DNA of 64,000 nucleotides. Source: an uncultured Gammaproteobacteria bacterium. GTDB taxonomy: Bacteria; Patescibacteriota; Patescibacteriia; UBA1558; UBA10009. Location: positions 91,303-155,302 of the forward strand of contig CAZPMS010000001.1 of NCBI GenBank assembly GCA_964588165.1, written 5' to 3'. Shown in pieces: positions 18,367 through 27,796 of this stretch (the stretch's first letter is position 1; every line of letters begins with the position of its first letter). The position numbers and the translations under genes were made by a program. The notes under the pieces are model-generated. The model searched no databases. It saw nothing but the letters and a program-made list of their open reading frames with translations, and was not told where the DNA came from.

Positions 18367-19632
18367 TTAATCAAGTTGCTCGCTAAATTTCTTTATCTCT
18401 TGAAAAAATCTGTCTTTATTCTCATCAGCAATAGGTTCGCCTGGTGGCAGAACTTCGGTTTGCGGATTTATTTTAGTGCCATGTTTTACCATTTCGTAAT
18501 GCAAATGCGGTCCGGTGGAAAGGCCTGTAGAGCCAACCTTGCCGATAACTTCACCCTGTTTAACCTTTTGGCCGTAGCTGACCAAAATTTTTGATTGATG
18601 GGCGTAATTGGTGGAATAAGTTCCGTTGTGATGAATAGTGGTTAAGTAACCATAGCCCGCGCTGCTCCAGCCGGCAAAAATAACTGTGCCATCACCAACC
18701 GATCTGATTGGCGTACCAGATGGTGCTGCATAATCAATGGCCCGATGGTTGGTACACAAATTGTAATAAGAAAGACACCTAAGGCCGGTGGTAAATCCGG
18801 AAGTAATATATTTATAATGGATCGGCGCCTTTAAGAACATCTTCTGTACCGAATTGCCGTCTGGATCAAAAAAGCCTTTGTTCTCCTCATGCTCTTCAAA
18901 ATAATAAACTCTAAACTCTTCTCCGGCGTTAATATATTTACCGGCCAAAACTTGGCCCGGCATTATATATTCACCTTCCCTGTATCTTTCTTCATAAATA
19001 AATTTAAAAGTATCGCCAACTCTGGGGTCTATGGCAAAATCTATGGTCCATTGGTAAGCATCAGAAAGATCTATAATAGCCCAAACATCAACATCATTAT
19101 CCAGAGCCCATTGGTACAAAGATGATTCCAATTTACCCTCAACCGTTTTTACCTTAATTTCATAATCAATAACCCTTCGTTCGGCAACCCAAACATTCTC
19201 TTCTACTGATTCAACTGTTGATGTGCTAATATCTTTCTGATTACCAGTTACTGATTCCTGTTTACTAACATATAGTTCTTCTTCACTATCTATTTGATAC
19301 ATTATTTGGGCTAGCTCATTTGTTTCTTTACTGTAATACAAATTTAAAAACCGCCCGACTCTAATGCTGGATAAATCATAAATATCTTCTGCTGCTGCAA
19401 AAATGGCGGTTGATACATTTGGATCAACTTCGGCTTGTTCCATTAAGATTCCATAGGTGGAATTGGGTGTGATTTCTACTTGAACAACATTATACTTTTC
19501 TTCAACTTGCTCCTGGATGGTTGCTTCTTTATTTTCTTGATAAAACTTAAATCCCCCGCTTTGGTTATTAAGCAATAAAAAAACAGCAATAATTGCCAAG
19601 GTGATAAATATGTAGATTGGTTTTATTTTCAT
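18367..19632 (-). CDS. M23 family metallopeptidase (LytM/lysostaphin-like) with an N-terminal membrane anchor
   Basis: C-terminal HxxxD...HLHYE signature: YAAPSGTPIRSVGDG...GSTGLSTGPHLHYEM. Confidence 0.8.
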   Translation of the reverse strand: MKIKPIYIFITLAIIAVFLLLNNQSGGFKFYQENKEATIQEQVEEKYNVVQVEITPNSTYGILMEQAEVDPNVSTAIFAAAEDIYDLSSIRVGRFLNLYYSKETNELAQIMYQIDSEEELYVSKQESVTGNQKDISTSTVESVEENVWVAERRVIDYEIKVKTVEGKLESSLYQWALDNDVDVWAIIDLSDAYQWTIDFAIDPRVGDTFKFIYEERYREGEYIMPGQVLAGKYINAGEEFRVYYFEEHEENKGFFDPDGNSVQKMFLKAPIHYKYITSGFTTGLRCLSYYNLCTNHRAIDYAAPSGTPIRSVGDGTVIFAGWSSAGYGYLTTIHHNGTYSTNYAHQSKILVSYGQKVKQGEVIGKVGSTGLSTGPHLHYEMVKHGTKINPQTEVLPPGEPIADENKDRFFQEIKKFSEQLD

Positions 19633-19645
19633 GTGAATATTTATC

Positions 19646-19720
19646 TGGTACCGCTACGGGGAATTGAACCCCGATTACCAGGTTGAGAACCTGGCGTCCT
19701 AACCATTAGACGATAGCGGC
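19646..19720 (-). tRNA. tRNA, anticodon CTC (Glu), with encoded CCA
   Basis: Reverse complement GCCGCTATCGTCTAATGGTTAGGACGCCAGGTTCTCAACCTGGTAATCGGGGTTCAATTCCCCGTAGCGGTACCA folds as a cloverleaf: 7-bp acceptor, D stem GTCT/GGAC, anticodon stem CCAGG/CCTGG with loop TTCTCAA, T stem CGGGG/CCCCG. Confidence 0.75.
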
Positions 19721-19762
19721 TTGAATGTCCCCACCTCTTCGGCGGGTTGCCGAGGAGGCAAC

Positions 19763-21037
19763 TTATTTATTTAGCCAAATACCAGTTTGGCGGACAAGTA
19801 AATCTTTTGCCTTTAACGGCTCGGCCATTAGTTCTTTAACAATTTGCTCCATCCTAGCACCCTGTGAACCTTTGATCAAGGCTATATCGCCCGTTTTAAT
19901 TTTGTTTTGAATAAAACTGCCGGCTTCTTTATTATTACTAAAATAAAAAGTTTTTTCTTCAGGATAACCAGCATCAATAGCCCCGCGGATAATGTCGCGT
20001 GACATTTCGCCTACAGCAACTAACATATCTAAATTAACTTCCGCTGACTTTTTACCCACTTCTCTATGGCCTTCTTCTGTATAACTGCCTAACTCCAACA
20101 TTTTACCAAACACCGCTATTTTTTTATTTGAAGACGGAAATTGATTTAAAACATCCAAAGCTGCCTTAGCAGCAGCCGGTGATGAATTGTAGCTATCATC
20201 AATTAGTAAAGTATCTTTAATGCCTTTAATTAAATTGGTTCTGCCTTTGGGCGGACGGTACTTGGCCAGATCATCAATAATTTCTAAAAGATTATTGCCC
20301 AAGCTAAAACTTATGGCCATAGCCGGCAGTACCGCATAAATCTGTTGCTTGCCAAAAATATTTGGCAGATAGACCGGAATATCTTGATTGGCCTGATGAA
20401 GTTTAAATAAAGTACCGAATGAATTAGCTTTGGATACTATTTTAAAATCGCCGGCCTTAAACTCAGCTGATTCAGAAAAACCATAAGTAATTACCTTGCC
20501 TTTTATTTGATTTTTATTTTGGTTTATTTTTTCATCATCAATATTAATAATGGCAATCTTGCTGTCATCTTCAAACTTCCTGAATAATGACAATTTTTCG
20601 GCCGTGATTTTTTCTATATCGCCAAAAAATTCCAAATGGACTTTGCTAATGCCCGTAAGCACGCCAATATCAACCGGCACAAAACCGGTTAAATATTTAA
20701 TGTCGCCAACTTTTTCTGCTCCCATTTCTAAAACTAATATTTCCGGATATTCTTTTTTGCTGATTATTAGGCTAAAACCTTTTAAAAATATTCCCAGCCA
20801 TTTAAAAATTGACCGGCCGCCAGTATCTGTACCTAAAATAGTTAAAGGCACGCCGATTTCGTTATTATAATTACCATAACTACGCCTGACGTTTTTACTG
20901 CCTCTTAAAACAGCATAAATAGCTTCTTTAGCGCTGGTTTTGCCCAAACTGCCGGTTATGGCAATTATAAAAGGCCGGTATTTTTTAAGTACCTTTTTAG
21001 ACAATAATTTAAGAAAATAGTGTAATAATTTCTTCAT
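19763..21037 (-). CDS. murF: Mur ligase family protein, MurF-like (UDP-MurNAc-tripeptide D-Ala-D-Ala ligase), apparently lacking the usual N-terminal domain
   Basis: P-loop ITGSLGKTSAKE (MurF-type TGSxGKTS) at residue ~28. Position in the dcw cluster after ftsI. Confidence 0.6.
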   Translation of the reverse strand: MKKLLHYFLKLLSKKVLKKYRPFIIAITGSLGKTSAKEAIYAVLRGSKNVRRSYGNYNNEIGVPLTILGTDTGGRSIFKWLGIFLKGFSLIISKKEYPEILVLEMGAEKVGDIKYLTGFVPVDIGVLTGISKVHLEFFGDIEKITAEKLSLFRKFEDDSKIAIINIDDEKINQNKNQIKGKVITYGFSESAEFKAGDFKIVSKANSFGTLFKLHQANQDIPVYLPNIFGKQQIYAVLPAMAISFSLGNNLLEIIDDLAKYRPPKGRTNLIKGIKDTLLIDDSYNSSPAAAKAALDVLNQFPSSNKKIAVFGKMLELGSYTEEGHREVGKKSAEVNLDMLVAVGEMSRDIIRGAIDAGYPEEKTFYFSNNKEAGSFIQNKIKTGDIALIKGSQGARMEQIVKELMAEPLKAKDLLVRQTGIWLNK

Positions 21038-21100
21038 ATAAAAAATCTTCTAGTCTTTAAATCTTACAATCTTTAACAACTATTTTCAAGACTAAAAGAT
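21038..21100. repeat. 8-bp-phased AAGAYT units upstream of murF (minus-strand reading AAGATTGTAAGATTTAAAGACTAGAAGATT)
   Basis: The same phased motif occurs upstream of rplJ and rplL. Confidence 0.45.
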
Positions 21101-21145
21101 TGCCTACTCGCTATCTGCCTCGCCGACAGGCGGGCCGACTACCAG

Positions 21146-22900
21146 CTACTGATTAACATCATACGATGGTGGTACTTTGAGATAATTAAGTAAAAATTGG
21201 GAAATTTCACCAAACAGCGGTGCGGCCGAAGAAGCGGCAAATTCCACGCTTCTTGGGTGATCAAGTTTAACCAACATAACAAATTTAGGATCTTCTATTG
21301 GCGCAAAGCCCACAAAGGAATGGATGGTCCTATCAGTTGAATACTTGCCGGTTTCCAAATCTGCAACTTGGGCTGTTCCGGTTTTTCCCGCAATATAATA
21401 ACCTGGCACACCGGCATTTTGTGCATGTCCGTATTTAACAACCGATGCCAGCATAGCTGACAAGGTATCGGCAGTTTTCTTTAAAATAATTTGTTTTAAA
21501 AATTCCGGCTGGGTTTTATTAACTTTGCCGCCCGGTTCCCTTACTTCATCTATAATATAAGGCTTCATTAGCTTGCCGCCGTTGGCAATGGCTCCAAAAG
21601 CTTTTATTATCTGGATTGGCGTGGCAGTTATTCCTTGCCCATAAGAAGCTGTAGCCATAAATATTTCTTTTTTCCATTTTAAAGAAGAAATATCACCTTT
21701 ATTTTCTGAATTAAGCTTAATTCCGGTTTCTTCCCCCAAACCAAAACGCTGATAATAATTATAAAATAAATCCGGCCCTACAGACCGGGCTGCAAAAATT
21801 GCTCCAGTATTTAATGACTCTTCCAAAACCTGAGTCATATTTTTAATGCCGTGGGCTTCACCATCGGAGTTTCTGATAGTGTAGCCGGCAATTTCTACAC
21901 TGCCTGTATCTTCATAAGTAGTCATTGGCGTTACCGCTCCTGTATCCAAGGCGGCCGCCATAGTTAAAGCTTTAAACATAGAACCCGGCTCATATGGTTC
22001 AAAAATAGTATTGTTGTTATAAACACCATAATTTTCCACTTCATTATAAATATTAGGATCAAAGCTGGGATAATTACACATGGCCAAAATGGCTCCGCTT
22101 TTAGGATCCATAATTATTACAGAACCGTTATCGGCACCATGTTTTAAAACTGTGGTTTTTAAAGAACTGCATGCTGTAAACTGGATAGACCTATCTAAAG
22201 TTAAAATAATATCTGTACCGTTTTGCTCTTCGGCTTTTACTCTTCTGGCTAACGGTATTAATCTGCCAACTGCGTCTCTTTCAAAAGTAAACATGCCTTT
22301 TTCTCCAGCCAGTTCTTTTTGCCAGAAGCCCTCTATACCGTACATGCCTGTTAAATCATCTCCCTTGTATCCAACAAAGCCTAAAACCTGTCCGGTAACT
22401 TCACCTTCTGGGTAGTAGCGATATATTTCTTCTTCAAATCTAATGCCCGGCAGTTCTAAAATTTCTATCTCTGCTTTTTTATCTTCATCAAGCTTATGCT
22501 TTAGGGGTTCGTACAAATCATTTTCTTTGGCTAAACGGTTATATAAAATCTCTTCATCCATTTCTAAAATTGGCGCCAGCAACTTAGAAGTTTTTACGGG
22601 GTTTTCAACATGGTCTGGCACTGCAAACGCTAAGTAATATTTTTTATTTACAGCCACCGGATAAAGCGTATTTTCTTCGGCTGAATAATCGTGAATATAA
22701 ATTTCTCCCCTATCGGGTATTAATTCCTTTTGGGCCAAATGCTGTGCTTCGGCCATTTGGCTATATTTAAAATAATCTATTATTTGGAGCTTGAATAATT
22801 TAATTCCAATAAAACCGGCAAACAAAAAAATGACTACCGAAAGAATAGTCAACCTATCAGCTGAAAACAGCCAAAAATTTTGCTTATGATATCGATTCAT
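21146..22900 (-). CDS. ftsI: Penicillin-binding protein 2 / FtsI-type peptidoglycan D,D-transpeptidase
   Basis: N-terminal TM, then the transpeptidase motifs SMFK (GSMFKALTMAAALD), an SxN-like motif, and KTGTA (AGKTGTAQV). Confidence 0.85.
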   Translation of the reverse strand: MNRYHKQNFWLFSADRLTILSVVIFLFAGFIGIKLFKLQIIDYFKYSQMAEAQHLAQKELIPDRGEIYIHDYSAEENTLYPVAVNKKYYLAFAVPDHVENPVKTSKLLAPILEMDEEILYNRLAKENDLYEPLKHKLDEDKKAEIEILELPGIRFEEEIYRYYPEGEVTGQVLGFVGYKGDDLTGMYGIEGFWQKELAGEKGMFTFERDAVGRLIPLARRVKAEEQNGTDIILTLDRSIQFTACSSLKTTVLKHGADNGSVIIMDPKSGAILAMCNYPSFDPNIYNEVENYGVYNNNTIFEPYEPGSMFKALTMAAALDTGAVTPMTTYEDTGSVEIAGYTIRNSDGEAHGIKNMTQVLEESLNTGAIFAARSVGPDLFYNYYQRFGLGEETGIKLNSENKGDISSLKWKKEIFMATASYGQGITATPIQIIKAFGAIANGGKLMKPYIIDEVREPGGKVNKTQPEFLKQIILKKTADTLSAMLASVVKYGHAQNAGVPGYYIAGKTGTAQVADLETGKYSTDRTIHSFVGFAPIEDPKFVMLVKLDHPRSVEFAASSAAPLFGEISQFLLNYLKVPPSYDVNQ

Positions 22901-22919
22901 AACAAATTGCTTGAAAAAA

Positions 22920-23243
22920 TTATTCTCTCACCGCCAATGTTTCCTCAGCCGGTAAAATATATTCGTAAGTTTCGGCCTGAACCATAGAAAGTTCTAAACT
23001 GCTGATTGATTCAATCCGCTGCATCGATTGCAGTTGAGTGGCTTGGTTTTCTAAATCCCTATACTGATCCCGCAGTTCCGAAATTTTAACCTGCATTTCC
23101 CCCATTTCAATCCCCATGGTATTGGTATGATTAACAATAACCAGATAGGATAAAATAGAAAGCAAACCTAAGCCAAAAATTATAAATTTTAAATTGGTAA
23201 AAAAGCTTGAATCTATAGTTTTTATTTTTGTTTTCGTTAACAT
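22920..23243 (-). CDS. ftsL: FtsL/DivIC-like cell division protein (single TM plus coiled coil)
   Basis: 107 aa, TM helix followed by heptad-rich segment. Positioned between rsmH and ftsI. Confidence 0.5.
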   Translation of the reverse strand: MLTKTKIKTIDSSFFTNLKFIIFGLGLLSILSYLVIVNHTNTMGIEMGEMQVKISELRDQYRDLENQATQLQSMQRIESISSLELSMVQAETYEYILPAEETLAVRE

Positions 23244-23304
23244 TTTATATTAATAATTGATAACTAATGATTAATAATTTATGATTAATGAATGATGATT
23301 GATT

Positions 23305-23362
23305 AGTATCTGCGAATTATCCGCAAGCCATCTGTGAACCTATCTGCGATATCTGCGTTATA
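23305..23362. repeat. 11-bp-phased TATCnGnGA array (5 units) between rsmH and ftsL
   Basis: TATCTGCGAAT TATCCGCAAGC CATCTGTGAAC CTATCTGCGA TATCTGCGTTA. Confidence 0.6.
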
Positions 23363-24356
23363 TTTTTTCCGCCACTCTCATTTTGGCGCTCCTGGATCTG
23401 GGATTTGCTTCCACTTCTTTATCCGTTGGCACGATTGGTTTTTTTGTTAGAATTTTAATTGATTTTTTATGGTTGCATTTGCAAATTGGGAATTCCTTTG
23501 GGCAATGGCAATCTTTTGCTTGGTATTTAAAAAATTCTTTAACAATTTTGTCTTCCAAAGAATGGTAGCTGATAACCACTAGCCTGCCGCCTGATTCTAT
23601 AGAAGCTAACAAATTCGGCAAAGACTCTTTTAAATTTTCCAGTTCATTATTAACGGCTATCCTTAAGGCTTGAAAAACCTTAGTTGCCGGATGAATCATT
23701 CGGCGTCCTTTGTGCCTATCTAGCTGACCTCGGAAAACCTGATTAACAATATTAACTAGGTCCGAGGTCAGCTCAATCGGCTTTCTCGCTCGAAAGAGAA
23801 TAATTTCTCCGGCAATTACGCGAGCCCTTGGCTCCTGCCCGTATTCTTTAAAAATTTTAATGAGCTTTTCTTTTGGCCATGTATTTAGAATTTCGGCCGC
23901 AGTTAAATCACCGTCCGGGCCAAAACGCATGTCTAATTTTTTATCCGTTTGAAAAGAAAATCCTCTGTCGTCTTCTGGTGCGACCTGAGCTGAAGATATG
24001 CCAAGGTCAAGTAGAAGACCGCTAAAGTGTAAATTAAATTTTTGTTCATAAATTTTTTTGTTTTTACCTGCCTGCGACTCAACTAAGCTCGTCGAAGTCC
24101 GATGAGGTAGGTTTTTATATGAATCTAATACTAATAAAACCCTATCCGAAAATTCGGATAAGTTTTTTTTGGCCGCTTTTATGGCCTTGGGATCTCTATC
24201 GAGACCCAGAAGATGTCCTTTGGGTGAGGTCTTTTTCAAAATCGCTTTAGCGTGTCCGCCGCCGCCTATAGTAGCATCTATAAAATTCTGGTTAGGCTGC
24301 GTGTTTAAATATTCAATTACTTCTTCAAGTAAAACTGGTTTATGAAAATAATCCAT
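23358..24356 (-). CDS. rsmH: 16S rRNA (cytosine1402-N4)-methyltransferase RsmH (MraW)
   Basis: MDYFHKPVLLEEVIEYL...DATIGGGGHAKAIL N-terminal signature. Confidence 0.9.
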   Translation of the reverse strand: MDYFHKPVLLEEVIEYLNTQPNQNFIDATIGGGGHAKAILKKTSPKGHLLGLDRDPKAIKAAKKNLSEFSDRVLLVLDSYKNLPHRTSTSLVESQAGKNKKIYEQKFNLHFSGLLLDLGISSAQVAPEDDRGFSFQTDKKLDMRFGPDGDLTAAEILNTWPKEKLIKIFKEYGQEPRARVIAGEIILFRARKPIELTSDLVNIVNQVFRGQLDRHKGRRMIHPATKVFQALRIAVNNELENLKESLPNLLASIESGGRLVVISYHSLEDKIVKEFFKYQAKDCHCPKEFPICKCNHKKSIKILTKKPIVPTDKEVEANPRSRSAKMRVAEKI

Positions 24357-24371
24357 GAATTAGTTTTAGTT

Positions 24372-24457
24372 AATTGGTTTAGAAGCTTGTTAGGTTTTAG
24401 TTTGTGGGCTTGGAACTAAACCCTTACCTAAGCCATAACTAGCCTCCATACCCAAAC
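24372..24457. repeat. ~90-nt intergenic repeat, copy A, between mraZ and rsmH
   Basis: About 85% identical to the reverse complement of 30664-30755 (GGTTTAGAAGCTTGTTAGGTT.../...CTAGCCTCCATACCC). Confidence 0.6.
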
Positions 24458-24889
24458 CTAAACACCTAATTCACCAAGTGCTTCGGCAATATCTCCGGAA
24501 TCTTTTTCGGTAGTTGTTTTATATTTATTCCAAGAAACTTCATCCCAGATTTCTAAACGGTTATACAAACCGGCAATCACCACTTTCTTTTTGGTTGAAG
24601 CGTACTTCCTTAAATAATCGGGCAAGATTATTCTTCCCTGTTTGTCTAAAGAAACATCCATAGCCCCTGCCAGCATTAACCTGGAAAAAGCCCTGGTATT
24701 AGCCTGGCTGATTGGCAATTTAGAAAGCTTACTGGCCAGTTCTTGCCAATCTTTTTGAGGATATAAAAATAAGCAGTTGTCTAAACCTCTGGTTACAACT
24801 GCTCCTTTTGCTAGGGCTGTTCTAAACTTAACAGGTACTGCTAACCTGCCTTTTTCATCAATTGTGTGCTGATATTCGCCAATAAACAT
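24458..24889 (-). CDS. mraZ: Transcriptional regulator MraZ
   Basis: MFIGEYQHTIDEKGRLAVPVKFR and a second DxxxR-type half. First gene of the dcw cluster. Confidence 0.85.
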   Translation of the reverse strand: MFIGEYQHTIDEKGRLAVPVKFRTALAKGAVVTRGLDNCLFLYPQKDWQELASKLSKLPISQANTRAFSRLMLAGAMDVSLDKQGRIILPDYLRKYASTKKKVVIAGLYNRLEIWDEVSWNKYKTTTEKDSGDIAEALGELGV

Positions 24890-24922
24890 TTAATTTTATT
24901 GAATTAATAGAATTTTTATAAT

Positions 24923-24988
24923 TTATCTGTGAGTAATCCGCGAAAATCAGTGATTGATCGGTGTTTATCTGTAAACTATCTGTGATTA
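24923..24988. repeat. 11-bp-phased TATCnGnGA array (6 units) upstream of mraZ
   Basis: TTATCTGTGAG TAATCCGCGAA AATCAGTGAT TGATCGGTGT TTATCTGTAAAC TATCTGTGAT. Confidence 0.6.
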
Positions 24989-25174
24989 CTCAAAATTTAA
25001 CTTGAGCTAATCTTAGCCAAGCTTTGTTTTAAGGTTGAATGGCTTTTCCCCAGTTGACCTGCCTTATCCCCACTTTTATCCACCTTTCGCCACTCTATAT
25101 CCATTATACCCCACTAGAATACATTAAACAACCCCAGCTATCCACAAGGATATATTATGCCATTTTTTAATAAT

Positions 25175-25236
25175 AAAAAGCCTTACCCATTTCGTAGGAA
25201 CGCGCTACGGCGCATTCGTACAGGGCAAGGCTTTTT
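25175..25236. repeat. Palindromic intergenic element, type I (inverted orientation relative to copies 43353 and 44386); TTGACA promoter box follows at 25245
   Basis: AAAAAGCCTTACCC-ATTTCGTAGGAACGCGCTACGGCGCATTCGTACA-GGGCAAGGCTTTTT. Confidence 0.6.
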
Positions 25237-25330
25237 GTCGTTATTGACAAAAAATCGGATAAAATGTAGTTTTAGTTATTATTTGAACATAAACAACCAA
25301 AAAAGGTTAAACAAAGATTGGAGTAAGAAG

Positions 25331-26092
25331 ATGTCGGACCAAAAGCAAGGTAACGTAGAGACTCAAACAACCCCGTTTGATGACTTCACTGAATATACCC
25401 TGTTTCGTATTCTTCATGGAGGCGATCCAATATTTCTGAATTTTGAATCACAATGCGACCTTGTACTTTCGGAATTGGAAAATCTGATCAATGGAACAGA
25501 TAGCGACGGCCCAATTCAAAATGTTTCTTGGATAGAAATCAAACTGGCCGACATGAAATACTATGACGCGCTGAATGCCCGTTATGGAAAATTATTGGAA
25601 TCTATCAACAAGCCCGTTAAGCCACCTCGGTTAGCTTACCAGGCGCTTACATCTGAATTGCCCCTTGGCTGTCTATTGCATGTTACCATGCACGCCAGTA
25701 ATTCTGAGTTGGTAATTCCGGATAGCACCATGACGTCCAATGGTATGCTATTCACACCTATAGCACTTATCAATAACGGAATCAACTGCATCCTTTCCGG
25801 ACAAGTACCCAAGATTAGTGAAGTCAAAGTAGTTTTCAAGGATCCATTTAAACAATTTAAACAGGCATTAAGCCATACTGAAACCCTACTCGGTCAGGCC
25901 GACAAAAAGCTGAAAGATGTTACCAAACTAACCGTTTTATTAACGAGCAGAGGCTGGACAAGCTATGAAGCCATCGAACAGCTTTGTTCGAAGGTCATCA
26001 ACTTTTCTGGTCATGATATTCACCGACTGGAATTTGTCCTAGTTGAAGGTCTTCCATTTGAAGCTGATGTAGAAATTGTGGCAGTTGTTTAA
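25331..26092 (+). CDS. Hypothetical protein (253 aa), GC-richer island. Start at MSDQKQ after a GGAG
   Basis: The ORF-track start at 25157 reads through the palindromic element and promoter. The internal ATG with RBS is preferred. Confidence 0.45.
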   Translation: MSDQKQGNVETQTTPFDDFTEYTLFRILHGGDPIFLNFESQCDLVLSELENLINGTDSDGPIQNVSWIEIKLADMKYYDALNARYGKLLESINKPVKPPRLAYQALTSELPLGCLLHVTMHASNSELVIPDSTMTSNGMLFTPIALINNGINCILSGQVPKISEVKVVFKDPFKQFKQALSHTETLLGQADKKLKDVTKLTVLLTSRGWTSYEAIEQLCSKVINFSGHDIHRLEFVLVEGLPFEADVEIVAVV

Positions 26093-26104
26093 CCTAACCT
26101 TTCA

Positions 26105-26136
26105 GTCCCCTTCTTTTTATAAGAGGGGGTTTTTAT
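26105..26136 (+). terminator. Rho-independent terminator CCCCTTCTTTTTATAAGAGGGGG plus T-run
   Basis: Perfect hairpin plus TTTTTATTTT. Confidence 0.65.
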
Positions 26137-26229
26137 TTTACTCTTTGTTATTGGCAACGAGGTTGACAAATTTTTTTAGAAATTGTAATTTAAAATATCG
26201 TTTAGCACCTTAACAAAGGAGTGATTAAA

Positions 26230-26883
26230 ATGGCTGATGTCTGGATAAAGTCACATGCCTTTGATGGAATGTTTCATCTAAAAGACGGGCGAGCTGCTAA
26301 GCCATTTTTGGGCACAGAATCGATCCATGACATAGTAAACATGGTAGCCGCAATTAATTGCAACGAGGAAAGCGTTGCTTCTGTAGAAGTAGACGGCAAA
26401 GAGGTTTCTACTGACCCAAACAATTGGCATAAAATTACTTGTTTCAAACAAATAATTATTACTGTAGAAAAAAACCAAGTAATTGTTAAAAATGGCTTAA
26501 ATAACCTATTGCCGGAAATAAATTCAGTAACTATAAATTTTGAAAGCCTGATTGGCGTATCTCTAAAGGATCAGGCCAAAGAAATACCCAAATCAATTAG
26601 AACAAATCTTGTAAAAATAAGACGAATTGTAAACACGGTTACCACTACTTTAGCTGTTCTGGATATAGGTGCTGATACAGTCATCGTCAACAAAAACAGC
26701 CTGATAAAACTCTACGAATCGATTATTACCCACTTTAGTGAAATTAATATCCTTCTGGGGTTAAAGGACTTTGATCAGGTAAAATTGATAATAGCGGACA
26801 ACCTGCTGGTTGACCTAAAGACCCTTCCCCTGTTCATCAAAGAGTTACTGAAGATTAACGAAAAAACACATTCCCACAAATAG
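26230..26883 (+). CDS. Hypothetical protein. Start at MADVW after AAGGAG
   Basis: ORF track. TTGACA box at 26163. Confidence 0.4.
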   Translation: MADVWIKSHAFDGMFHLKDGRAAKPFLGTESIHDIVNMVAAINCNEESVASVEVDGKEVSTDPNNWHKITCFKQIIITVEKNQVIVKNGLNNLLPEINSVTINFESLIGVSLKDQAKEIPKSIRTNLVKIRRIVNTVTTTLAVLDIGADTVIVNKNSLIKLYESIITHFSEINILLGLKDFDQVKLIIADNLLVDLKTLPLFIKELLKINEKTHSHK

Positions 26884-26891
26884 CTCCCTTG

Positions 26892-26921
26892 CCCTTCTTT
26901 ATAAAAAGAAGGGTTTTTATT
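26892..26921 (+). terminator. Rho-independent terminator CCCTTCTTTATAAAAAGAAGGG plus T-run
   Basis: Perfect hairpin plus TTTTTATTT. Confidence 0.65.
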
Positions 26922-26926
26922 TGATC

Positions 26927-27004
26927 AAAAAAAGCCTTGCACCTCCCCTTGGATCCCCTCCTTTAAAAGGAGGGGAAATAGGGGTGGTAGGTGCAAGGCT
27001 TTTA
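26927..27004. repeat. Palindromic intergenic element, type II
   Basis: AAAAAAAGCCTTGCACCTCCCC-..CCCCTCCTTTAAAAGGAGGGG..-GGGGTGGTAGGTGCAAGGCTTTTAT. Related copy at 57670. Confidence 0.55.
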
Positions 27005-27163
27005 TTTTTCTTTATTCTCTTTGGACTTTTGAAATGCTTTAAAAACTACCAACAGTAAGCCACCTAAAGTTATAAGTTTAAGGAAGTGGTTAAAAAATCC
27101 TCCCTTTTTTCCCCGTCCCGAGCTTGTCGAGGGATCCCTCTTTTCTTCTTCGTGATATGGCAT
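27002..27163 (-). CDS. Possible small membrane protein (53 aa; MPYHEEEKRD...LKLITLGGLLLVVFKAF...)
   Basis: Below the ORF-track size cutoff. Preceded by the TTATTAATCATTAATAATCAATAAAT leader motif seen before many native genes. One TM helix. Confidence 0.3.
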   Translation of the reverse strand: MPYHEEEKRDPSTSSGRGKKGGFFNHFLKLITLGGLLLVVFKAFQKSKENKEK

Positions 27164-27262
27164 ATTTATTGATTATTAATGATTAATAAATAATGAATAA
27201 TTATTTTAATTTTTTTTTCTGATTCAATATTTTATTCATACAAATTACTTATTTTGCGTTCT

Positions 27263-27736
27263 TTACGTTTTAGCGCTCGTTATATTCGGTTCCTTGCCGT
27301 ATTTTGGCACAACTGGCTTAAAATCTCCAGTCTTATAATCTTTTAGTCTTTCCCGCTCCGCCGCCCGCCTTGACGCGAGGCAGGTAGTTTTAGCGAGGCG
27401 AGTAGTCTTCTCCTTTAAAACCTTAATCAATTTCTCATCACTTTCTGCTTCATTAACGCTAACTTCAACCACCGGCACCTTCAAACTCCAAGCTAAAGAA
27501 TTGGCTGTAGAAATACCAATCCTTAAAGCACTAAAAGCTCCTGGGCCGGAAACAACTGCAACAAATCGTGTATTGTGTATCGTGTATCCTTTACTAAACA
27601 ATTCATTAATCATTTTTAACAGCAGTTCCGACTGCCTATACTCTTCCCTATTTTCTGATTGATTGATGATTTTATCACCTTTAATCAACTTAACCTGAAT
27701 TAAATCAGTTTGAGATGTATTAATAAATAATATCAT
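27263..27736 (-). CDS. tsaB: tRNA threonylcarbamoyladenosine biosynthesis protein TsaB (YeaZ-like)
   Basis: MILFINTSQ... VVSGPGAFSALRIGISTANSLAWSLKVPVVEVS is the TsaB N-terminal fold, followed by a Lys-rich tail. Confidence 0.7.
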   Translation of the reverse strand: MILFINTSQTDLIQVKLIKGDKIINQSENREEYRQSELLLKMINELFSKGYTIHNTRFVAVVSGPGAFSALRIGISTANSLAWSLKVPVVEVSVNEAESDEKLIKVLKEKTTRLAKTTCLASRRAAERERLKDYKTGDFKPVVPKYGKEPNITSAKT

Positions 27737-27747
27737 AATTAAAAAAA

Positions 27748-27796
27748 TATCTGCGAGTTATCTGCGAGTTATCTGCGAACCATCAGCGATATCAGC
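27748..27796. repeat. 11-bp-phased TATCnGnGA array (TTATCTGCGAG x3, then CCATCAGCGA, TATCAGCC). Overlaps the last 12 codons of the EamA gene
   Basis: Three exact tandem 11-mers followed by degenerate units. Confidence 0.6.
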